From Albugo candida (lineage: Eukaryota), in contig JBDOQK010000030.1 of assembly GCA_040437565.1 (NCBI GenBank), positions 186,001 to 250,000 on the forward strand: a stretch of 64,000 bases of DNA. The letters run 5' to 3'. This document shows positions 24,960-38,646 of the stretch, one piece after another (position 1 is the stretch's first letter; each line of letters begins with the position of its first letter). The position numbers and the translations under genes are program-made. The notes under the pieces are model-generated. The model was not told the origin of the DNA. It saw only the letters and a list, made by a program, of their open reading frames with translations, and ran no database searches.

Positions 24960-25720
24960 GGCATTTTGTCAGATTCGTGCGATAAATGACGTATCTATTC
25001 TTTGACATCAAAAGATTTTAGCCGAACTTGATGGCTACCCCATGGAATTACTGCACGAAGAAGATGCGGAGAAGAGCGTCGTATTTTTGGACGCTGCGCT
25101 GAGGCGAAAATGAAGGCTCACGCTATTATGTCTAAAAGGTTATAATATCGTGGGAGCACTTGTTGCAAGGTAAAGTCTGGAATGACAGATTTGTGTTTAT
25201 CTTTATATTATACTATGAGTGTCATACTGTATGCGTTGTGCAACATCATTATGCGAGCGAGAATGTTATCAGAAAAATGAATGAAATCAATTTGATTGGA
25301 TATATTTGAGTATGAATTAGTATGGGCTTGAACTCGCACAATGTGAAATGATATAATCGCTGCTGTACAAGTGCATCGTACCGACGAGCTACGCCGGTGG
25401 ATACATTCACTAATGCATCAAGTTGACCATCGCATGCTCATAATAGACATCTGCAACCACAATTAGATCTCGAGGCATTAATCGAGTAATATACAAACTG
25501 TTTGCATCCAAACATGTTGTTTCATTGAGTTTCAGCGATGCCAATTAATGTAATCGAGTGATCTTTTACTTTTTATCTTGTCTACCACGAGCCTCGAGAC
25601 ACTAAGCATCAAGGAATTGCTGTTACGAAGCCTACGCTCATGGTTCCCGGTCCTTCGACGCCGAGCTCGTAACCGTATGCATGCATTTCTATGTTGCGCG
25701 AAGGTGCGTGGCTATAAACC

Positions 25721-25740
25721 AATCACTTTGTCATTGTTTG
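25721..25740 (+). promoter_or_regulatory. Possible oomycete INR/FPR core promoter element of RPS12
   Basis: tcactttgtcattgtt about 65 bp upstream of the ATG resembles the oomycete initiator plus flanking-promoter consensus. Confidence 0.35.
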
Positions 25741-25787
25741 AACGCGCACTTCCGAGGACTCCATTGACCATCAAAGAAATCAGTACC

Positions 25788-26198
25788 ATGTCGGCAGAGG
25801 AAGTAATTGCAACTGTGTCCAATGAAATGACCGAAATGGCCGCCTTAAAAGAAGTGTTGAAGAAAGCTCTGATCAACGACGGATTGAAGCGTGGTCTACA
25901 TGAAGGAGCGAAAGCCTTGGATTCACAACGAGCACGTCTATGCTGTCTGGCGCAAGATTGTGACGAGCCAAGTTACAGTAAACTAGTGCGAGCTCTGTGT
26001 GAGGAACACGGCGTCAATCTGATTATGGTACCCACTGGAAAAGAGTTGGGTGAATGGTGTGGACTATGCAAAATTGACACTTCGGGAGAAGCTCGCAAGG
26101 TCGTTTCTACTTCTTGCGCAGTTATCACCGACTTTGGTGAAGAATCTCACGCACTGAATGTTTTGCTCGCTTACCTCAAGCGTCAGAACGAGAGTTAG
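25788..26198 (+). CDS. RPS12: 40S ribosomal protein S12 (eS12)
   Basis: [27 protein letters not shown]...[18 protein letters not shown]. True start MSAEEV at 25788. Confidence 0.97.
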   Translation: MSAEEVIATVSNEMTEMAALKEVLKKALINDGLKRGLHEGAKALDSQRARLCCLAQDCDEPSYSKLVRALCEEHGVNLIMVPTGKELGEWCGLCKIDTSGEARKVVSTSCAVITDFGEESHALNVLLAYLKRQNES

Positions 26199-27143
26199 GA
26201 GAATGTCTTCTGGAAGGCAGGGATCTTGTAAGCCTTGCTAACGTTTCAAAGCCATAGATATCGCTAACAACAAATATATCTGCGGTCTTCACTCCCATCG
26301 ACTTATTCTCATTCGTTCGGTACATATGACGCTGTCTGTTGCAATAAAAACAAGAGACTTTGCTAAATTACTTGTTGACCATATCATTTTGAAAGCTAAG
26401 GTAGTCTCTCGTGTGTTGCATTAGAACGGAAAGAATTGGTTGAAGTTGGAAGAATAATTAGCTGCTTCTAAATCAGTTGAAAAAGGATGCAAAAGCGATT
26501 GACGCGCCAATACGATAATACGTTAACATATGGAATAAGAAATACAATGCAACCATCCCAAAAGCGCCAGTCAATACCTTCAACATTCTTGCTCATGACA
26601 GAGTACATCCCATAGCTTTTGCCAGCTTGTCAGACAACACGCAAGTCAGTTAGACATTCTTTGAAGAGAGATATTGATGGACGCTGATGGTAACCGCTAT
26701 CGATCAACCCGAAGGTTAGCTTGGGGCACAACTGGCCGTGTACCGAAGGACCTGGCGCTATCAAGCTTTTTAGCCTAACTATTCGATGTTTAGATGCAAA
26801 TTTCCAGACTATCAGTTGAACCATGATTATTTCGCTCTTCAAATAGGTGTTTCTTTAGCGTCTCATGAAGCTCACTTAAGGCGATTTCGTACCCTATATC
26901 CATTTCTATTGTCTCCATCTTTCAGCAAAAGAATGAGCGTTCGTCGACGAGAATAACTGGCCGTATCAAATACACACCAATAATGGAAAAGCGATGGAGC
27001 TGAAAAGGTTCCCGAAGACGTATACCATGTAAGCGCGGCGTATCACAATATTTCGGCCTCTTGCATAGACGATTTGCACGGCTATTTACCCCTTCCACGC
27101 GCCGATTCTCATCGTAGCCTTTGTCATCTTCAGGACGACAAGT

Positions 27144-28800
27144 TTCATGTCTGCTCATTTTTAGTATACTTTTCTTGCTGCTACTATAAAATTCTGAAAG
27201 GATTCATGACGCAAGGTAAAGTAACTTCCTAGAGAAACACTCCAATGTGAGCATTTTAGCGGGAGCACTATGCAAATTCATCACCGATGAAAAACTCAAT
27301 AAAATGAGAATTGAAGATAAAAGACGATCAATATTTGCATCCGGAGGGTGGAGCAAAAGAAGGATGTGGCATTATAAGGAAGAATCAAGCTAGACACGCG
27401 AGCACTTGTTACAAGTCCTTAAAGAGAAGCTTCACAACGTCAAGGAATTCAAAGGCTGTCAAGTGTTCAAATTGCGGTCTTTATTTGATAGAAGTACCTG
27501 TTACGGATTATGAGACGTAAAGCAACTGGTTATGGATTTCGCCTCCAAGATAAAGTTGGCGTCCGACGCAATGGTAACACATTATGTGCTACTATGATTC
27601 AGCCTAATCTGGTAAGTTTAGTCAAAAAAGGCAATTTTGTCGATAATTATATTTGAAGCTTTAGGAATGGTGGTCAAGAAGCGAGATGGATTCGCATCAC
27701 ACGGCCAAGAAAAAGTGGTGAGGGTCCGCATCAGTTACAATCGAATCAAGAAGAATCAAGTCAAGACAAAGACGATCGAATTAATGTCTACTTCCCTCTT
27801 ACATCAGTATGTCAGTGTCTATGTCACTGGTAGAGCTATATAGATGCGGTAAAACTTTCTCAGACGCAATACAGCATAATGCAACAAGCTGCACTTTCAG
27901 CTTGTTGCATTATGCTGTATTGCGTCTGAGAAAGTTTTACCGCATCTATATANNNNNNNNNNNNNNNNNNNNNNNNNNNNNNNNNNNNNNNNNNNNNNNN
28001 NNNNNNNNNNNNNNNNNNNNNNNNNNNNNNNNNNNNNNNNNNNNNNNNNNNNGTTTCATGTCTGCTCATTTTTTAGTATACTTTTCTTGCTGCTACTATA
28101 AAATTCTGAAAGGATTCATGACGCAAGGTAACGTAACTTCCCAGAGAAACACTCCAATGTGAGCATTTTAGTGGGAGCACTATGCAATTTCATCTCCGAT
28201 GAAAAACTCAATAAAATGAGAATTGAAGATAAAAGACGATCAATATTTGCATCCGGAGGGTGGAGCAAAAGAAGGATGTGGCATTATGAGGAAGAATCAA
28301 GCTAGGCACGCGAGCACTTGTTACAAGTCCTTAGAGAGAAGCTTCACAACGTCAAGGAATTCAAGGGCTGTCAAGTGTTCAAATTGCAGTCTTTATTTGA
28401 TAGAAGTACCTGTTACGGATTATGAGACGTAAAGCAACTGGTTATGGATTTCGCCTCCAAGGTAAAGTTGGCGTCCGACGCAATGGTAACACATTATGTG
28501 CTACTATGATTCAGCCTAATCTGGTAAGTTTGATCAAAAAAGGCAATTTTGTCGATAATTATATTTGAAGCTTTATGAATGGTGGTCAAGAAGCGAGATG
28601 GATTCGCATCACACGGCCAAGAAAAAGTGGTGAGGTTTTGCACCAGTTTTAATCGAATCAAGAAGAATCAAGTCAAGACAAAGACGATCGAATCAATGTC
28701 TACTTCCCTCTTACGTCAGTATGTCAGTGTCTATGTCACTGGTAGAGCTATATAGATGCGGTAAAACTTTCTCAGACGCAATACAGCATAATGCAACAAG
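27144..28800. repeat. ~750-bp direct duplication across a gap, copies differing by scattered substitutions; probably degenerate TE sequence
   Basis: 27144-27891 is repeated at 28053-28803 with mismatches (e.g. ggtaaagtaacttcctag vs ggtaacgtaacttcccag). Confidence 0.8.
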
Positions 28801-29311
28801 CTGAAAGTGCAGCTAGCATCATTTATTGAGAAGAATGTATGTTGCATTGGGAGGTATTGATACAACCTCGTTCTCAAGAAGACTCGGGTCACTGCCATTG
28901 ACACGACACAATAGACAACTCGGACAGTACTCCGTGAAAACAAGCTAGCAGCTATCGCTAAAGATGACTCATTACAGGTACAGCGGCTACGGTGGAGTAG
29001 AAATCATCCATGACGAATAACATGCATCTTATTGGTTGATATATGGCTATGTGTACAAGTGATTAANNNNNNNNNNNNNNNNNNNNNNNNNNNNNNNNNN
29101 NNNNNNNNNNNNNNNNNNNNNNNNNNNNNNNNNNNNNNNNNNNNNNNNNNNNNNNNNNNNNNNNNNTTAAAAACTGTATATTATCGATGGAAAGAACAAC
29201 TATGCAGTACCTTCCTCCGAAGTATTTCGTATAGACGTAGAAAAAGCGCAGCCCGCAATGGCTAACCATTGGCCAGATAGTGTGTGGCTGTTACTGAAGC
29301 CTGTTTTCTAA

Positions 29312-30192
29312 ATGGAGTGTCTTGGCGTCATTGGCGGCTCGAGTCTTATATCGGCATCCTCATTCAACAAGGAATTTAAGAAAGAAGTTGTTTCGACCGA
29401 GTTTGGAACCGCGGTTTGTCATGTAGCATTCTGGAAAGAATCACCACTCAAAGTTGTGTATATACAACGCCATCATCTAGAGATTGATGAAGAGTATCGC
29501 CAACCACGAAAGATCAACTATCATTTGATAGCTGCCGTTTGCAAGCACATGAAATGCCAGACTGTAATTGGGCTTTACTCGGTTGGCTCCATGGATTCTA
29601 AAATACAAGTTGGAGACCTCGTGGTCCCAGACGATTACTTCAATCCATTCCACATTTTGCACCTCTCGGATAAGTATGATGCCCATCTTGTCCCTGGAAT
29701 CGATTTATCTCTACAGAAGAAAATGATCACCATTTTGAAGGGGAACACGGCTCGACCACACCTAATCGAACGGGGAACTTATGTACAGAGCGCCGGCCCA
29801 CGATTTGAGACAAAAGCAGAAATCCGTTTCTTTTCACAATTTGGTGTACGTATATGTATTATAATCGCTTGACATGATCGATGTAACAGCTGTTTTTGTT
29901 AGAATCTCATTGGCATGACGGGAGGAAATGAAGCAGAATTGATCAATGAGTTACGCATTCCTTTCGCCATGATCGCAATTGTGGACAATATGGCCAATGG
30001 ATTTGGAGATGCTTTAACGGTACTAACTTATATTCGTTGAGGCAGAGTTCTAAACTTTTAACACTGTTACAGCTGGAATTGTTCAAACAAGCACAGGAAA
30101 AGAATAAAAGCGTTGCTGAGTCTGTTGTGTGTGATGTCCTCGACTTCTTGGCACATGAGACAGCAACAAGGCTGGCAAACGCGCAGAACTAA
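29312..30192 (+). CDS. MTAP: 5'-methylthioadenosine phosphorylase / PNP family 2 (3 exons)
   Basis: LGVIGGS, QRH, INY, YSVGSM, GPRFETKAEIRFF, then LIGMT..EA after an intron (~29846-29902). Second intron ~30020-30071. Confidence 0.85.
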
Positions 30193-31980
30193 TTTGACTT
30201 GCATCTGTGCAATGAAACTGCGGAAATGAATTTGATTTCCCCTCACCCACGCTATGTTCGACAGACTGTCATATAGGGAGCCTTACTCTCACCGCTCAGA
30301 TAGGAAACCCCAAACACATGAGTATAGTTGATACCGTGTCATTAATATGCGGGTTTTGCACTGTCAATGATCTTGAGCATTTCTTGATTTCATTCCCATG
30401 ATTATACCTGCCTGCCGAATCAATAAGTCGGTATTTCTGCTTCCATGAGAAACAAGGACCATCTCATTACGCTTTTTGACAGTTTGGCTACAGTGATTGT
30501 CTATCCATTTACGTATCCGCTTCAGTCAATACCAGTCAAATAACCCTGAGACAGCAATGCACTAATATGGGAGAATCCATAGACGTGCTGGAGTTACACG
30601 ATTTTTCGGTATTGCATTGAAGCCATCATGAATTTCGATAACTTCCTTGCAAACTGCCCTGCTTATACTGACCTCTCGATGTTATCAAACGGCATTCTTA
30701 TTGGTATGTATACCTTAATAGATTGATGTGGCAAGCTCATGGTGGGAGGATGTGGTGGTCTCCGGATTAGACTACTCGAGGCCCGTGATCAGAGGGCTGA
30801 AATAATATGAAAACACTACGTAACAATATAAAGCAATAGAATATGTTTATTATTTATCCAAGGTCCTCAGTTCACTATCCTAGTTAATCTAAGCCTAAAG
30901 GAAGGGTACGCCCACAGCCACTGTTTTAATCTCTGATAGATATGAGCTAGACTTATGTGTACCACACATCCACGTGTACCGTACTATCCATAATACAACA
31001 ATGAACATGTACGTTACATATCCGATTGGTTTCCATTTAACCGCCATTCTCAACCACAAAGGATAAACTATCTCGAAGCACCGACACGACATATTGATTG
31101 TAAATAGCTATAATAAAGAATCCGCTAGATCAAGTCAATCGTGAATTCTAGACCTGAGATCTGCTAGACATGATCCGGCCGCCCTATGTCGTAAAGTTGA
31201 TTTGAGGTAACGGCTGCGCCAAACCGCGCTTCAGGCATGCACCGAATACTTAGCTAGGTCTGCAGGAGTAGAGCATCTTTTCGAATAGGTTGATACCCCT
31301 TGCATAGAAGACATAGCAGGAGTACAAGATGAGATATATATGGCCCCATATTTTGATTATTGCTGCTCTACCTGTAGCATCGCGGAGAATCATATTTTGC
31401 ATCATTTATTGGTGTCCTACTCATCCTTCTTGCGATGTCAAGTCTCGATGAATAGTACTCTTGACAAGACACACNNNNNNNNNNNNNNNNNNNNNNNNNN
31501 NNNNNNNNNNNNNNNNNNNNNNNNNNNNNNNNNNNNNNNNNNNNNNNNNNNNNNNNNNNNNNNNNNNNNNNNNNCCCAGCCGACATAAAGAAAGTATTTT
31601 CGAGTAATTGTTTTTCGCAGCAATTGAATGCTTTGTGTAAATACAATAGAATAGCTTTGATTTAGAAAGCCATAGCATGATGTCTCTAAGCGGATGGGTC
31701 CTTATCCTGACGTACGAAAAAAACTCTTTGCACGGCGACTTGACTGTTACGTTCTTCGCTTACAATGTCCAGTAGTAGATCCTTCTGCCGCACAATGAGG
31801 CAATATTCCATCGTAAGGAGCATATAAGTACGATGAGAAGTTTCATACTGTTCCTTATCGACAGCTTTAGAATAAAAGCATCCTTGAATCCGGTGGCAAT
31901 TTGATTTGAGTTGTAGGCCCATACAAGCGCAGAAGAATAGACGTGATTCAGTTCGTCGGTCTTTATTACTGAATATATTA

Positions 31981-32871
31981 AGAGAACCGTTGAAATCCCT
32001 TCAGTGCTTTTGGTAAATCCCCTCAGTTTGATATCATCGGCTAATTTGATGCTTCCATGGTGGTAACGTACGCCTAGGTAAAGGACAATACGATAGCACT
32101 CCCCTCTACTTCGGACGTCACCTGTTTTGCGCTCAATTTGCAACCATTCAGTTCAGTTCGCGCTCGCGTTTGTTTATTTTGCGATCATTCTTGTTACACT
32201 GTTTCACAATTCATGAATTGTTCATTACACAAAAAATAATCTATTCTCTAAACTGATTCCTAATATTTCAGTTGACGGGTCAATTCATGACATAAGAACC
32301 TTCTATTCTATAGAATTGGTCTTGTGGGTCTGTGGGTCCTGCTGTCGCACTTCCACATCTTCGTGCTTTGTGTCCTACCCCTTCCTGCAAACACCGCATC
32401 TTCTTTGCAAGGATGCATCCAAGGCGGCTGCAACGAGCTTGAACTCCGACGAATTTCTTTGCGAGGATGATGCAGATGGTTGATTCCTTCGGGTCGATCT
32501 AAATGGCCTACCCACGCGTTTGCACAGATACTGGTTTAAGGAAAGCACTTGAAGCAGCCGGAGCGCCGATTATGATGTCCAATAAACGGCGTTCTTGTGC
32601 GAAGAAGACTCAGTTGTCTACGCTTCCTCTACCGCTCGTAACGCACTGGAGATAGTTGCCGTAGTTGATGTACTAACCCTGTTCATGCGTGCTGGTTGAT
32701 GCAACTACCATTGATGATGGTATCGGCCATCTCTAGTGATTAAATAGTTACCTTGTAAGCTTATCTCATTTTGACATCCGTCCAAATTTTCATATCAAGC
32801 CACAGAGTAGCCGATTATATCAAACTAAGGGAATTTTATTAAAAGCACTGAAGGGATTTTAACGGTTCTCT
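31981..32871 (-). mobile_element. ~890-bp non-autonomous MULE derivative with ~40-bp TIRs
   Basis: agagaaccgttgaaatcccttcagtgctttt (31981-) is the inverted match of aaaagcactgaagggattttaacggttctct (-32871). Interior minus strand encodes GRPFRSTRR..EFKLVAAALDASLQRRCGVCRKG. Confidence 0.7.
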
Positions 32872-34159
32872 ATGTATAATGTCAATGGATCAATCATCTC
32901 TCTTTCCACGCTTATGGATCCAATGAAGTCCAGTAGTCGCCGTATCACTAGCACAGATATGTGACTTCATCACAATTTTATCAAATAATGCATACCTCAT
33001 CTTCGCCATATATACTATCACATACGCTTGAGACGTGTAGTGATATTTAATCACCGAATTCCATGCCAACACTGGGTTTCTTGCACTCACATTTTGGGTT
33101 CAGATCGCTCTAATGTTTTGATTAAACGACCAACAGCACATGATCCCTACTCGCAAAAGCGTAAGAAAGGTGTCATACAAACGAGACTGATAATGNNNNN
33201 NNNNNNNNNNNNNNNNNNNNNNNNNNNNNNNNNNNNNNNNNNNNNNNNNNNNNNNNNNNNNNNNNNNNNNNNNNNNNNNNNNNNNNNNNNNNNNNGGTTT
33301 CTTGCACTCACATTTTGGGTTCAGATCGCTCTAATGTTTTGATTAAACGACCAACAGCACATGATCCCTACTCGCAAAAGCGTAAGAAAGGTGTCATACA
33401 AACGAGACTGATAATGGAAATTCGTAAGAGAGAAATATTTGTGACAAACGATATCTCTCGCAACTTATTACGGGCAAGTTTCACTCTAGAAGCCATAGTA
33501 TTGAAATTTTTGGCCTACAAGCCCGGCGAGAGAAAGCTTCCATGGTTGATGCACTGACTATTCCTTTCTCGGTATCACGTCATTTTACTCAAATTTACTG
33601 TATCTGTCGAGATGAAGCTATGAGACGTGACATCTTCTATCCCTACTTTATGAAGTCGAAAAATATGGTAGTCAAGATAACTGGCGTAGTTCACTTGATT
33701 GGAGTACCCTTTAGTAGAAAACAAAATAGATAATGCTGGCTCTAGATTCTATCAACCGAGACTGAAACGATAGGCTGTTTATGATGTGGCATTTGATCAG
33801 CTGAGACATCGATTTCCATTTATTTTCTACTTCGTCAAGTTTTACGTATACGAAGATTTATGCTGAATAAATTGGGTGTAATCGGGATGCCGCTTTGAGG
33901 TGTCATTTTAACGAACGCAGAACTTCGGCGAGCCACACGATGAAAACTTTAATTTATTCGATTTAACATGTTCTTCTACAATGTAAAAAAGAGCCTAAAG
34001 CATGTAACAACTTTCGTCTAATATGTCGAGGAAGCGACCAAAGATACAAACGTGAGAATNNNNNNNNNNNNNNNNNNNNNNNNNNNNNNNNNNNNNNNNN
34101 NNNNNNNNNNNNNNNNNNNNNNNNNNNNNNNNNNNNNNNNNNNNNNNNNNNNNNNNNNN

Positions 34160-35445
34160 CCGGATCTGGACATTTACCTATATGTTCCACAAGGAATAAA
34201 AGTAAGTAAGAAGGAGCTACAGCGTTGTGGTGCTCAGCACACGAAACAAGTGGTTATTCGGCTCCAGCGCAGCCTTTATGGATTAAAACAAGCTAGAAGA
34301 CTCTGGGCGCAACTTCTGCATTCAGAGCTACTTCGTGTCGGATTCGTACAATGTGTCATTGACTCGTGCCTCTACTACGAAGGGGATCACGATGGAAAGA
34401 CTGTCGTCGGAGTATATCTTGATTATTTGTGACCGGGGACATCGAAGATTCGAGTGGATGATATGTCCAAACAATTGGTAACGCTGCAAATCAAGGACCT
34501 GGGCATCGTTAGCAAGTTTATAGTGATGCGACTTGCTCATTCTTCGGAGTTTGGTTGCAGAATTGACCAAGAAAAAATGATAGATGAGCTACTGTTAAAG
34601 TTTGGCCTACAATTTGCACACCACGTGATGACAGCCATAGGGCTCGATCATGATACCGACATGCGGGAATATGACCTAATACTACCCGCGGATGGGCCAG
34701 CCATATCAGCGTCACTGAAACAATTTCAGTCGATCGGGGGATCACTGTTATGGTTGGATCGATGCACACGAGCGGAGTTTACTTATGCGGTACACCGAGC
34801 TACGCGTCGAGCCCATGCTCCTACGGTAAGCGACTGGAAATTAGGTAAAAGAATTGCCAGGTATATGAAAGAAACTAAGAAGGTCAAGTTTCAGCTTGAA
34901 CATAACCAGGTTCAGCAAAAAATCACACTGAAACTTTCAAGTGCAAGCGAGGAGGACTTTGCAGGTGATAAAATTAGCCGCAAGTCGTGCGGGTGACATT
35001 ATAGTGGGATGGACGTGCCGCAAGCAATCATCAGTATCGCTATCGACTACGGAAGCGGAATTCACGTCGGCTTCATATGCCGGTCAAGAGCTCCTGGGAT
35101 TATGCGAGCTAATTGTTGAGCTGGGGATAAACGTGGAATTACCTATGCAGATGGAGATAGACAATCAAGCAGCTATGTGCCAGATGGAAAACGAATAAAG
35201 TTCGACGCGAGCGAAACACAACGACATGAACCTTAAGTTCACCAAAGATTGTGCTAAACAAGGCATCGTAAAGCCCTGTTATTTGCACACCGAAGAGATG
35301 GTAGCTGACTTGCTTTCGAAGGCATTTAGCGCTATTCGACTACAACAATTGACGGGACTATGTTCGCTGATACGCAAAACTAGCAAGGATGAGGACATGA
35401 ATTTAGCTAACAATCACACGGCGCCGTGATGAAGGAGGGTTGGAA
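34160..35445 (+). mobile_element. Copia RT/RNase H relic with polypurine tract
   Basis: RLQRSLYGLKQARRLW, GVYLDYL (degenerate YVDD), KQSSVSLSTTEAEF, IDNQAA and MVADLLSKA with in-frame stops. Purine tract gaaggaggg at ~35431-35439 precedes a probable LTR. Confidence 0.9.
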
Positions 35446-36476
35446 AGTAACGACTACACATTGCCATCCGCCGGACGTTTTGATAAAAAGGATTCAAGGA
35501 TCTAAATAGCGCTTTTTTATACCTCCCGCTGGGGCTGTCCTGATGCGGTGGTTTCGTAATTGAGGAAGGCCTTAAAAAGAGAAACTAACAGTCATGAATA
35601 TTATACTTACTTCTATTTTGCCTACCTTTCATTGAAGCAACTTCCCATTCCGTGCGATATTTACGACAGGCCTCTCGTCCTCCTCTAAGACAGACTTCGT
35701 CTCATGCTTGGGTACAGTCTTGACATGAACATATTGACGACACGTTCTGAAAATTATTCCTACTACCTCAATATACTTTAACATCCGTACACGCACACAT
35801 TCGTTGACACACTCTAAAGAAGTAGAGCGCAAAGCGTGAAATCAGATTCACCATCAAAGAGTCGAATTGCATCTGCATATAAATTCTTACGAGAATTTGC
35901 GAAAGCTTCCAGCACCTTCACCAAGAATAATGTTTTCTATCGTGGACGGGATCTGGACGCTTGAAACTTCCTATCTAAATGTAAGCAAGCTCAACGAAGA
36001 AACGCATTTAATGCCTTCAATGGGCTTGGAATAATGAGACACTTGACGCAAAAGCTAAGAAATAATCCCACTATTGTCTTCTGATCTCCTTGAGGAGTTT
36101 ATGATTGCTATGTAGATATACCATGGTATCGCGCTTTATCACGACAAAAAATCTTAGTGTGATGAAATTGCACTGATTCGGTACTTGGTCGGAAATGTGG
36201 CACATTCAAGGTGAGGCAATACGCTGAACAAAATTACCCGTTTCCATAGTACATACGCTTGCGATGGCCCTTATCTGGAGCTGGACCAAAAAAAAGATGC
36301 CAATATAGTACATGAATAGGACATTATTGGTGACACTGCAAGAAAGCCGGTACACTATTCACAAAGTGCTACACGGCGTCCAAAAAAGTGGAGCGAGCCA
36401 CAAGATGTGACAACACCCATGCGTGCAGAATTTTCTATCTCGGAACAAAACTAGATAAAGTTTTAGGAAAATCATT

Positions 36477-36547
36477 GAGATATGGGGATTTTATACCGCT
36501 TTTTCAAAGTATATGGTTTATATATCAAAAGTCAAAAAAATTGGTAT
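36477..36547 (+). repeat. Terminus of the same MULE family as 13176-16216
   Basis: gagatatggggattttataccgctttttcaaagtatatggtttatatatcaaaagt matches the reverse complement of 16160-16216. Runs into a gap. Confidence 0.75.
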
Positions 36548-37099
36548 NNNNNNNNNNNNNNNNNNNNNNNNNNNNNNNNNNNNNNNNNNNNNNNNNNNNN
36601 NNNNNNNNNNNNNNNNNNNNNNNNNNNNNNNNNNNNNNNNNNNNNNNTCCAAAAAAGTTGTGGGAGTAATAATCTAAGTAGGCATGATGTAATTTAAAAT
36701 GAAAAATAAAAATATAATTAAAGAAAGTTGTCGGGATATCAATATCCTTATCAAATTGGTATATTTTTTTATATTCCCTAAAAAATAACAACCTTAACTT
36801 TTTCTCTGTGAGTATTCGCGATTATAAGAGATTGGCTGATTGATCTAGAAAGCTGAGAATACAAGTGGTGATACTTGTTACAAGAGAATATATATTGATT
36901 TCCGTCTAAAGTCAATTTGTGTGAATTTTAGCCAATGAACTAGGGGGTGAGTAATTACTATCAAGAGGGTGAGTGAATACTAAAGGCCCCTTAATTTTAC
37001 CATAGCACTAGCTTCATAGCCTCTCATTGGTCTGTATAGATGCAACGGAATAATTAAAAAATAGATAAATCGCAATGTTGTCTACTTCAACTTCAATTT

Positions 37100-37817
37100 A
37101 CCTGTAGGCTTGACGACATCTACAATGGGCTATCCTTGCGCCCATGCTTTTCGTTACCAAGTAATACCGCTATCTGCTAATGATTTTGATCAGCATTGGT
37201 GACTGGTACAGCCAATGTCAGTTCATATTGAGGATGGGACCATACCAATTGGCATTGAGATAGCATTAAAGAGGATAAATGATGAGTATGGGAATGCTTC
37301 CAATCGTCGTGAGTGTGCGCTGCTAGACTATGTCTTGGCAGTCACAGAGACAGAAATTCGCGATCTAGTGCAAGTGCGCACGCGTGGTAGGCCATCGAGC
37401 TCAACGCAGCGACTTCCATCTTAGTTTGAGCATGTTAGCGCTGCTTTGGATGCTCCTGTGCATCGCCGAAGATGTCGAACATGCCAAAAGACAGGTCACA
37501 CTGCCAGAACGTGCCGTCAAGAGCAACAGCACCAGCAACACTTGCAGCAGTAGATTTAAATACAGACTTGTTTTAGGAAGTACAAAATTTGCAGAAACCG
37601 AAGTTTTTTTTTACTTTATTGTTTTCATTTCGTTGCATTTAATCAGACCAATCGAAGGCCACGAGTTTCATAAATTTATGAACTGATTAACGATTCCCAT
37701 GATTTGTTTTCTTTATTCTCTCATATTTGTTTAAGCCAATCAGAGGCCACAATTGCCATTAATTTATGGAGGCTGAGTGCTGATTACAGAAAAGGTGAGT
37801 GCTGAATAAAGATTCCC
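37100..37817 (+). mobile_element. MULE 3' fragment (SWIM plus CCHC knuckle)
   Basis: TMGYPCAH..DFDQHW* ... RTRGRPSSSTQRLPS*FEHVSAALDAPVHRRRCRTCQKTGHTARTC with in-frame stops. Confidence 0.75.
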
Positions 37818-38646
37818 TAACATTAATATAATTTACTCATTCAAATAAGGCTGAAACTAATTCTGTAGCGAGTTTTTTGAAAATCTCGACGCTCTACTGA
37901 AATGCAACAGAACATTCTGTGGGCAGAGATTCTTGCATAAACAACGATAGTACTATACCTCTGTCAAGTATCGGTCTTGCTCCTGTAGTAATCCTGCTAC
38001 CACTGCAAGCTGGCTGCTTTGATTGTCATTTTTCTGATTCGACAAGACACTTGCTATCATTTCACTATTCTGATCGAGTTGCTCTAGTAAGTCTTGCAAT
38101 TGCTTCCATTTTTGAGATAATGTAGGGCCACTGCTTTGCAATTGATTTAAAAATATTCTTGCTTTCTTTACATATTCGGCCATTGTGCAAGCGCAAAATG
38201 ACAGTCAGACTTGACAAGAGATCGTCTACTAATACATGACTTGTTATCATGTCAAAAGTGTCTTGACATCGTCATCTCAACGGCTTCCCGGACATCCTAT
38301 CCATTTTTGTACGGTCAAGCGCTGGTCGGTAAATAATGGCAGACCCCTCGGTTGGATTTCGTTCGACCATATTAATCGATTCGTCTTGACTATTACTTAT
38401 AATCAGACAGCAAATCGGTAGTCCGTGAGACCCCATTAAGACAGTGGTTGCTAGACGAGCAATGTGATTGCCATAAGAGCCCCGGTTCCTGTACATGTTG
38501 CTGTAGAAGAGCTCGTTCGATTTATTACATATACGCAGAGGGTCGAATTTATTAATTACAGATAATCTCTGACAGAATTTACAGGCCGCTTATGCTATAG
38601 TATAGTCTCGTCCTAAGCAGATACTATTTACGGAATAAAAGTAAAA

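Noticed and set aside
25578-25787. N-terminal extension of RPS12 in the ORF track
   Set aside because: Begins at a TTG; the eukaryotic start is the ATG at 25788.
37900-38500. Possible decayed secreted effector on the minus strand
   Set aside because: No clear signal peptide, RxLR, CHxC or LFLAK motif; frames are broken.
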